A DNA stretch of 64,000 bases from an uncultured beta proteobacterium (GTDB lineage Bacteria; Pseudomonadota; Gammaproteobacteria; Burkholderiales; Burkholderiaceae). Positions 27,555 to 34,360 of the stretch are shown piece after piece. The stretch is from contig CAWDLJ010000004.1 of the NCBI GenBank assembly GCA_963803225.1, positions 1,167,706 through 1,231,705 of the forward strand. Reading direction: 5' to 3'. The translations under genes and the position numbers were made by a program. Within the stretch, counting starts at the first letter, position 1. Each line of letters starts with the position of its first letter. The notes beneath the pieces were generated by a model. The model did not search any database, was not told the DNA's origin, and saw nothing but the letters and a program-made list of their open reading frames with translations.

Positions 27555-27761
27555 ATGAGTATCAAGCAAGTGTTAATCGGGGCATTGATTGTGACCATCC
27601 CCGTGGCCGCATGGGCCGCTTGGCAGTACAAGACTGGCGTAGACCTCCAACACAGCATCGAAGTCTGCAGCGGTCCCCATGGTTTGCCCTTTCCGGGGTA
27701 CACGATGGAGGAGACACGCCGGATGTGCGTAGTCGCTGAAATGCATGCACTAGGACACTGA
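27555..27761 (+). CDS. Small single-TM protein (68 aa)
   Basis: N-terminal hydrophobic helix, two Cys, followed by a hairpin at about 27827-27852. Confidence 0.55.
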   Translation: MSIKQVLIGALIVTIPVAAWAAWQYKTGVDLQHSIEVCSGPHGLPFPGYTMEETRRMCVVAEMHALGH

Positions 27762-27875
27762 TCACACACAGAAGCGAAGCTGAGAAGCGCGGAGCGATGC
27801 TCCTTGACGCCCCGCACACACACAACACCAAGGGACCCTCAGGGGTCCTTTGTCATTTCATATAGCGAAATTATC

Positions 27876-28274
27876 ATGACGGAACACATCACGGGACGGA
27901 AGCGCGGCCCCGATAAGAAGCCACGCAAGCGCAGGACCGACAACCCAGCGAGTTACCTTCCCAAGACCGCAGACGCCCACCGGACAGCCAGGGAGCTAGG
28001 CAAGCGCCCCGGAAGGCCCCACGGGAGCCGCAACGGATGGACCAGGGAGGAGCGGGCGCTTGAGTGGGAACTGGCACGGGCCAAGGCGCGGATTGAGGTC
28101 GCATTCTATGAAGCCACGGGGGCGCTTGCCACCGGGGAAGCCCTAAGGGTGCTGTACAAAGCGATTGATCCTGATTTGTGGTCGAGAGTAGCGCAGATGC
28201 GCGAACACCGGCAGCGGCGACTAGAGGCCCTCAGGCTGACACCTTCAAGCGGCACTGCTCATTCCACATTGTGA
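27876..28274 (+). CDS. Basic DNA-binding protein, possibly related to T7-like small terminase
   Basis: K/R-rich N-terminus and GKRPGRPHGSRNGW motif followed by helical segments. Family assignment is from memory of similar phage proteins only. Confidence 0.5.
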   Translation: MTEHITGRKRGPDKKPRKRRTDNPASYLPKTADAHRTARELGKRPGRPHGSRNGWTREERALEWELARAKARIEVAFYEATGALATGEALRVLYKAIDPDLWSRVAQMREHRQRRLEALRLTPSSGTAHSTL

Positions 28275-28688
28275 AATAGATAAGCATTAGACGTGGTTTG
28301 GGAGACGGTCCTTTCAACACGGCAGACGGACCCCTAGGACCTCTCAGGCCACCACGCTACAACCGTGTTTTAGCCGCTCCCGAGGCCCCGGGAATACCAG
28401 AGGCAGGGTGAGCAGCGACAAGCCGTCCTAGCGGAGCCTTTGCACAGAAAATGAGCATGTATGCATTTCTGCGACCGAAGTGACCGAGCGCCGCAGGATT
28501 CACCGAAGAACCCCAAGGTGTTCCAAGCACTGATAACCACCATATAACCACAAGATAATCAGCGGATAATCCGGTCCAGCAGTTAAAATAGTGTGGGGCA
28601 TAATGGGGGAGATAATCGAAGATCGATTTTAAGACCCCTGTAGGATACTGGGGAACGGCCTAAGCATCTGACCAGTAGAGGAACCACT

Positions 28689-28707
28689 CTAGATGACCTA
28701 CTATAGG
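28689..28707 (+). promoter_or_regulatory. T7-like phage RNA polymerase promoter-like motif
   Basis: CTAGATGACCTACTATAGG, 13/19 identical to T7 TAATACGACTCACTATAGG, with ACTATAGG intact. Confidence 0.35.
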
Positions 28708-28793
28708 ACCCCTTTGTGGTCTGAGACCCTTGCTGGTATTGACCTACAGCGCTTTGATAGTAGACCATTTGCTTTGTAGACCATCTCTGTTAC

Positions 28794-28909
28794 CCTAAAC
28801 CTAAGGTTCCTAAGGAATCTAAGGAAGTACTAGGGATTCTTAGGAAGTACCTAGGTATTATTTATGTATAAGTAAGGTACAACCTTAGTACCTCCTTGGA
28901 ATCCTAAGG
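28794..28909. repeat. Degenerate CTAAGG/CTAGG array
   Basis: CCTAAAC 28794; CTAAGG 28801, 28810, 28819; CTAGGG 28830; CTTAGG 28839; CCTAGG 28850; CCTAAGG 28903. Confidence 0.75.
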
Positions 28910-28972
28910 TAACCAGTAGAGTCCCTAGATTATCTCTGGTAGAAACATCATTGATAATAACTCAGGAGTAAA

Positions 28973-29030
28973 TCCATGGGTCCATGGGTCCATGGGTCCA
29001 TGGGTCCATGGGTCCATGGGTCCATGGGTC
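28973..29030. repeat. (TCCATGGG)x7 tandem repeat
   Basis: Counted directly; each unit contains the palindrome CCATGG. Confidence 0.97.
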
Positions 29031-29071
29031 ACCGAGGGGTCCAGACAGCCTCAGAAGGGCCACCTGTCCAG

Positions 29072-29148
29072 AGGCCCCTAGAAGCCGCTGGAGACCTCTG
29101 GGCACCCCTACATACCTCCAAGGGTCAACCCGCGGCTTCTAGGGGCCT
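29072..29148. repeat. Perfect 17-bp inverted repeat, 43-nt spacer
   Basis: AGGCCCCTAGAAGCCGC (29072-88) / GCGGCTTCTAGGGGCCT (29132-48). Confidence 0.95.
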
Positions 29149-29308
29149 ATAGAGAGGTCAGAAAGGCATTCCTTGGCGGGGGCCTAACCTCACTTTCACT
29201 CTGCAGCCCAACTTTGGACGTTTTCGGTCCTCCGAGACGCATCCGAGGGTCCCCGAGATGCCGGGTAGGTCAATAGTGGTCCGTGGGGTTTTATTATCCC
29301 GTGCGTTG

Positions 29309-29384
29309 ATTATCTCGGTCCCATTATCTCAGCCCCATTATCTCAGCCCCATTATCTCAGCCCCATTATCTCGGTCCCATTATC
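29309..29384. repeat. 14-bp tandem repeat x5 plus a partial copy, ATTATCTC(GGTCCC/AGCCCC)
   Basis: Units at 29309, 29323, 29337, 29351, 29365; partial at 29379. Confidence 0.95.
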
Positions 29385-29468
29385 GGGGGCTAGTTTATCC
29401 GAGGGATGGTCGAGGTCGTAAGACCGATTAACTCCCAAGTAACTCCCACGGACAAACCAGGCAGATAA

Positions 29469-30923
29469 TCACTCCTCCAGGTGTTTCTCCAATACCGCAG
29501 CCTTATTAATCCACTCAGCCAAAACAGTTAATGGATAACCAGTCCCGTAACTCGCTCCAACCCCAGGTGTTGAATGACCGAGTATTGCGTCCTGTATTGA
29601 ATCAGGGCATTGGGCGGCGCGAAGCCGGTCCTTGAGACCATGGCGCAGGGAGTGATTACCCAGCTTGGTGCCCATTAGGCCGTCCTGGGCCCTAACCCAC
29701 TTGACCAGTGAGGCGCTGACCGAATCATTCTTACCGGCGCGACCGGGGAATAAGGGGCACCGCTCGCTGGTCACAGCAAGCTGTTCCGCGCTTCCTAGCT
29801 CATTGGCATCCGCACTCAGCCCGAGCGCCACCTTAGCGGCCTCCACGGCCCGAGGACTCAGCGGCACCACGCGGGTAGACCCAGGGGTCTTGAGGGACCG
29901 CCACGGATGCCCTTGGATTCTCAGGGACGCCAGGGGGCCTGACAGGTCGAGGTCCGCAGCAGCAAGACCGACTATCTCAGCCAACCGTGCGCCGGTCTCA
30001 GCCACCAGCGTGAGAATGCAGCGCAGGGGGTCAAGGCCCTTGGTCTCAGACCAGTGGTCTAACGCCGCATACAGGTGCCGGTACTGATCAACGGTGAAGG
30101 TCTCCCGCTCCTTGGCGTCCTTGCCCTGGTCCGGTATCTCCACCTGGGCGAACACGTTCTCAATCCTGAATTCATTCTCTTTGATGGCACGCCCGAAGGC
30201 CGCACGTAGGGTGGTGAGGTAACGCCCTACAGTGGTGGTCGAGACCGCCTTACCGCCTAGCGAGCCACGGCGAGGGTGCCTCTCAGCGTGCCCGCCCTCT
30301 AGCAGCCACACCACAAAACCATTCACGTCCGGACGCCGCACCTTGCGCATGTCCCTATCACCCTCGAGGTACGCGACCAGATACCCAAACACAAGCCGTG
30401 CGTCTTTCTCGGTCGATGGCCTGGCCGTGATGTATTGATCGAGACAGTCGGTGAGGGTGAATGGTGTGCGGCCCTGGTACGCCTGCAGGGCGGCGCGGTG
30501 CGCTGGCGGTAGGTTCCGGTCCAGTTCCTGGGGCGTGGCCTCCGTGGCCTCTCTCAAGTGGGGCGGTAGCTGGGCCTCCAACATGTCCTCAAAGGCCCAC
30601 CGTGCGCCGTCCTCAGACTCCTTGAGGTCCACGGGGTCTGTGCCACGCCCGACCAGTAGCCGGTGAGCCTGATCCCTGATAGGCACAGGGGCGGGGTTCC
30701 GAGGAGTGCCACTCCGTGCCTCTCTCAGCGCCTCCCACGCCTGGTCCTGTGCGGTGACATGATCGGCAATCAACCGTGCCGCCTGCCGGGGGTCTCGAGT
30801 CCCAAGGGAGAACTGTATCCACGTCTTGCCGACCACGGACACCAGGTCCTTGGGGACCTTACGCTTGAACCAGAGGGACGCCGTACCGGGTCTAGACCAC
30901 AGATAGCGGATTGACACAGACAT
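29469..30923 (-). CDS. Tyrosine integrase with N-terminal DUF6538-like arm domain
   Basis: TGARLAEI, SLKTPGSTRVVP, HSLRH, LGH, YG-x-GY; N-terminus WFKRKVPKDL...SLGTRD. Confidence 0.93.
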   Translation of the reverse strand: MSVSIRYLWSRPGTASLWFKRKVPKDLVSVVGKTWIQFSLGTRDPRQAARLIADHVTAQDQAWEALREARSGTPRNPAPVPIRDQAHRLLVGRGTDPVDLKESEDGARWAFEDMLEAQLPPHLREATEATPQELDRNLPPAHRAALQAYQGRTPFTLTDCLDQYITARPSTEKDARLVFGYLVAYLEGDRDMRKVRRPDVNGFVVWLLEGGHAERHPRRGSLGGKAVSTTTVGRYLTTLRAAFGRAIKENEFRIENVFAQVEIPDQGKDAKERETFTVDQYRHLYAALDHWSETKGLDPLRCILTLVAETGARLAEIVGLAAADLDLSGPLASLRIQGHPWRSLKTPGSTRVVPLSPRAVEAAKVALGLSADANELGSAEQLAVTSERCPLFPGRAGKNDSVSASLVKWVRAQDGLMGTKLGNHSLRHGLKDRLRAAQCPDSIQDAILGHSTPGVGASYGTGYPLTVLAEWINKAAVLEKHLEE

Positions 30924-30954
30924 GATGTTGCTGACACGAATGACGGGCATCGGA

Positions 30955-30985
30955 TTGGTACAGTCGTAGGTACAGTTCTAGGTAC
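30955..30985. repeat. Putative integrase arm-type sites, right arm
   Basis: TTGGTACAGTC 30955, AGGTACAGT 30968, AGGTAC 30980. Confidence 0.6.
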
Positions 30986-31055
30986 GCTACAGACTACCTT
31001 GAGACCCTTGGAGCCTTGCTGGGCGGTACTTTCAGCCCGATTGGGGCCTTGTTCC

Positions 31056-31130
31056 TGGTCCCCCTGACAGGAATCGAACCTGTATCTAGCGCTTAGGAGG
31101 CACTTGTTCTATCCATTGAACTACAGGGAG
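31056..31130 (-). tRNA. tRNA-Arg(CCT)
   Basis: Cloverleaf with CTCCCTG/CAGGGGG acceptor stem, CT-CCT-AA anticodon loop, GTTCGATTC T-loop, encoded CCA. Confidence 0.97.
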
Positions 31131-31304
31131 AGCACGGCGGTTTCCGCTCTTGTGCCACGTTCCCAAGTGACCCGTCGTGGCGCGGAATCAGGACGATCCG
31201 GTCGGCGCGTGGCGCCGCGGACGCGTGCCGCAGGACCCGGAGTATAGCAAACGCGTCAGGACGCGAAAATGCACGCGCGCGTCGTGTGCGACGCGTGGGG
31301 AAAC

Positions 31305-31487
31305 TCAGAACTCGACGACGGCGAATTCGGCCTTGCCCACGTCGCACAGCGGGCAGCGCCAGTCCGCCTCGATGTCGGCGAAACGCGTGCCCGGGGCGAT
31401 GCCTTCGTCAGGCAAACCTTCTTCTTCGTTGTAAATCCAGCCGCAGATCACGCAGACCCAGCTTTTGTATTCGATGACTTCGCTCAC
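31305..31487 (-). CDS. Rubredoxin
   Basis: CVICGWIY...CPLC motif; GTG start assumed. Confidence 0.93.
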   Translation of the reverse strand: MSEVIEYKSWVCVICGWIYNEEEGLPDEGIAPGTRFADIEADWRCPLCDVGKAEFAVVEF

Positions 31488-31677
31488 AGCGTACCTTCCA
31501 TTCCGATAAACGCCGCTCATCTGGCCCCGCTTCGAGGCGCTCTGGCGGCGAGCAACCTGCGATCTTACCGGAATTCGCGGCGCCGCCAGCGCGTGATATC
31601 GCCGCGGCGATGTATGCTTTTGAGAGCAGGGCGTCGTGCGGCAGGCTCATCGATTCACCACTGACGAGGAGAACAAG

Positions 31678-32079
31678 ATGATCGGCAAACATTGGCTGGC
31701 AGGCGCTGCCTGCGTCTCGCTGCTGGCGCTGAGCAGCGTCGCGCGGGCTGACGGCGTGTCCTTCGTCGAGCCGCAGGACGGTGCGACGGTCACGAGCCCC
31801 GTGCACGTGAAGTTCGCGGTCGACGGCATGACGGTCGCCCCCGCCGGGACGATGACGCCGGGCACCGGGCATCATCATCTGCTGATCGACAGTGGTCCGC
31901 TGGCGAAGGGCACGGTCGTGCCCGCCAACGACAAGTCGATCCACTACGGCAAGGGCCAAACCGAGACCGACGTGCCGCTCGCGCCCGGCGATCACACGCT
32001 GACCGCGCAATTCGCCGACGGCGCGCACCGTTCCTACGGGCCCGACTGGAGCAAGACCATCACCGTGCACGTGAAGTAG
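31678..32079 (+). CDS. DUF4399-like periplasmic protein
   Basis: Signal peptide, GHHHLLID, HYGKGQTET. Confidence 0.85.
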   Translation: MIGKHWLAGAACVSLLALSSVARADGVSFVEPQDGATVTSPVHVKFAVDGMTVAPAGTMTPGTGHHHLLIDSGPLAKGTVVPANDKSIHYGKGQTETDVPLAPGDHTLTAQFADGAHRSYGPDWSKTITVHVK

Positions 32080-32184
32080 CCACGCGCTCACGCGGGGGGT
32101 ATCAGGGGTGCGGGCGTCACGACCGGTCGGGGCGCCCGGTACAATGCGCCCATTCCGGTTCAACGCAGGTCTCCTGTTCTCCTC

Positions 32185-34110
32185 ATGTCGCTCTATTCCA
32201 TCACCGGCGCCCAGCTCGCGTTCGGCCACGTCGCGCTCCTCGATCACGCCGATTTCTCGCTCGAGGCGGGTGAGCGGGTCGGGCTGATCGGCCGTAACGG
32301 CGCGGGCAAGTCCTCGCTGCTGAAAATCGTCGCCGAACTCGCCAAACCTGACGACGGCCTCATCACGCGTCAGCAGAGTCTCTCGACGGTCTACGTGCCG
32401 CAGGAGCCCGAGTTCGAGGCCGACCTGTCGGTGTTCGACGCCGTCGCTTCCGGCCTCATTGCGGCGCGCGCGCTGCTCGACGAATACGATCGCGTCGCGC
32501 ACGAACTCGCCGATACCCCCGAAGGCGCCGCCCACGACGCGCTGCTCGCGCGCATGAACACGCTGCAATCGTCGCTCGATACGAGCGATGCGTGGAACTG
32601 GCGCACGCGCGTGTCGACGACGCTTGCGCAGATCGGGCTCGACGGCGACATGCGCGTCGATGCGTTGTCGGGCGGCATGCGCAAGCGCGTGGCGCTCGCA
32701 CGCGCGCTCGTCGTGCAGCCCGACGTGCTGCTGCTCGACGAACCGACCAACCACCTCGACTTCGATGGCATCCGCTGGCTCGAAGAGCTGCTGGTCACGC
32801 AGCGCGCGAGCCTCTTGTTCATCACCCACGACCGTGCGTTCCTCGATCGCGTCGCCACGCGCATCGTCGAACTCGATCGGGGGCGGCTGCTCTCGTATCC
32901 GGGTAACTTCTCGCAGTATCAGGAGCGCAAGGCGCAGCAGCTCGAAGTCGAGCGCGTCGAAAACGACAAGTTCGACAAACTGCTCGCGCAGGAAGAAGTG
33001 TGGATCCGCAAGGGCGTCGAGGCGCGCCGCACGCGCAGCGTCGGGCGCATCGCGCGGCTCGTGCAGATGCGCGGCGAGCGCGCCGAGCGCCGCAACGTGC
33101 AGGGCAACGTGAAGCTCGACGTCGCGCAGGGCGAGAAGTCCGGCAAGATCGTCGCGGAACTCACGGATGTCGTGAAGCGTTACGGTGGTCGCACCATCGT
33201 CGAGCGTTTCACGGGCACGGTCATGCGCGGCGACAAGATCGGCTTTGTCGGGCCGAACGGCGCCGGCAAGACCACGCTGCTCAAGCTGATCCTCGGCGAA
33301 CTGAAGCCCGACGACGGCACGGTGCGCGTGGGCACCAATATGCAGGTCGCGTATTTCGACCAGATGCGCGCGCAACTCGACCTCGACAAGACCCTCGCCG
33401 ATACCATCAGCCCGGGCAGCGACTGGGTCGAGATCAACGGCGCGAAAAAGCACGTGATGAGCTATCTCGGCGACTTTCTGTTCGCGCCCGAGCGCGCGCG
33501 CTCGCCGGTCAAGTCGCTGTCGGGCGGCGAGCGCAACCGGCTGTTGCTCGCGCGGCTCTTCGCGCGGCCCGCGAACGTGCTCGTGCTCGACGAGCCGACC
33601 AACGACCTCGATATCCCGACGCTCGAACTGCTCGAAGAACTGCTCGCCGAGTACGACGGCACCGTGCTGCTGGTGAGCCATGATCGCGCGTTTCTCGACA
33701 ACGTGGTGACTTCGGTGATCGCGGCCGAGGGTGCGGGCCTGTGGCGCGAATATGTCGGCGGCTTTACCGACTGGCAGACGCAGAGCGCGCGTTCGCAGCA
33801 GCTGGCCGACACGCGCGCGCCGCGCGAGCCGGTCAAGGAAGGCGCCGCGAAGGACAGCGCGGCGGGCCGCAACGCGCAGCGCAGCGTCAAGCTGTCGTTC
33901 AAGGAGCAACGCGAACTCGACGAGCTGCCCAAGCGCATCGAGGCGCTGGAGACCGAGCAGAAGACCATCGGCGCGCAACTCGAGGACGGCTCGATCTTCG
34001 CGAAGGATGCCCAGGAGGGCGCGCGGCTCACCGATCGCTATGCGGCGATCGACGAGGAGTTGCTGGTGGCGCTGGAGCGCTGGGAGGAGCTGGAGGGTAA
34101 GCGCAAGTAA
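32185..34110 (+). CDS. uup: ABC-F ATPase Uup
   Basis: Two ABC cassettes, KARRT-like linker (GVEARRTR), C-terminal coiled coil, no TM segments. Confidence 0.9.
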   Translation: MSLYSITGAQLAFGHVALLDHADFSLEAGERVGLIGRNGAGKSSLLKIVAELAKPDDGLITRQQSLSTVYVPQEPEFEADLSVFDAVASGLIAARALLDEYDRVAHELADTPEGAAHDALLARMNTLQSSLDTSDAWNWRTRVSTTLAQIGLDGDMRVDALSGGMRKRVALARALVVQPDVLLLDEPTNHLDFDGIRWLEELLVTQRASLLFITHDRAFLDRVATRIVELDRGRLLSYPGNFSQYQERKAQQLEVERVENDKFDKLLAQEEVWIRKGVEARRTRSVGRIARLVQMRGERAERRNVQGNVKLDVAQGEKSGKIVAELTDVVKRYGGRTIVERFTGTVMRGDKIGFVGPNGAGKTTLLKLILGELKPDDGTVRVGTNMQVAYFDQMRAQLDLDKTLADTISPGSDWVEINGAKKHVMSYLGDFLFAPERARSPVKSLSGGERNRLLLARLFARPANVLVLDEPTNDLDIPTLELLEELLAEYDGTVLLVSHDRAFLDNVVTSVIAAEGAGLWREYVGGFTDWQTQSARSQQLADTRAPREPVKEGAAKDSAAGRNAQRSVKLSFKEQRELDELPKRIEALETEQKTIGAQLEDGSIFAKDAQEGARLTDRYAAIDEELLVALERWEELEGKRK

Positions 34111-34295
34111 GGCGCGCCACACGCGGGCCTTCACCAATCGGCCAGTGCGCCGTTATCCAAATTGCCGTGCGAGCCCAAATCAGTACAATACCTCGCGAAC
34201 CAACCCGCGACGGCGTTGCGGATCGCGCCTGCCCGTGGGGCGGGCAGGCGATCCACTGCGTTGTTTCGTTTCGCTTTTTTTGAACACTCAACGCC

Positions 34296-34330
34296 TTGTC
34301 CACGCACATGTCCACAGGACCTGTGGACAA
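34296..34330. promoter_or_regulatory. Three DnaA-box-like 9-mers upstream of parE
   Basis: TTGTCCACG, ATGTCCACA and TGTGGACAA; the last two form a 10-bp inverted repeat. Confidence 0.5.
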
Positions 34331-34360
34331 CTACGATGAAACCGACGGACCGGATTCGCC

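Larger units (their letters stand above)
24650..31074. mobile_element. 6.4-kb integrative island at the tRNA-Arg(CCT) 3' end
   Basis: Identical 19-bp TGGTCCCCCTGACAGGAAT at 24650-24668 and 31056-31074 (tRNA 3' end). Integrase lies beside the tRNA. Composition is visibly less GC-rich and rich in CTAG/CTAAG. Confidence 0.95.

Noticed and set aside
29181-29210. CTAACCTCACTTTCACT as a T3-like promoter
   Set aside because: Similarity is limited to AACCTCACT, and the initiation region (AAAGGG) is missing.
28973-29384. Island repeats as a mini-CRISPR
   Set aside because: Repeats are 8 and 14 bp, directly tandem, with no unique spacers.
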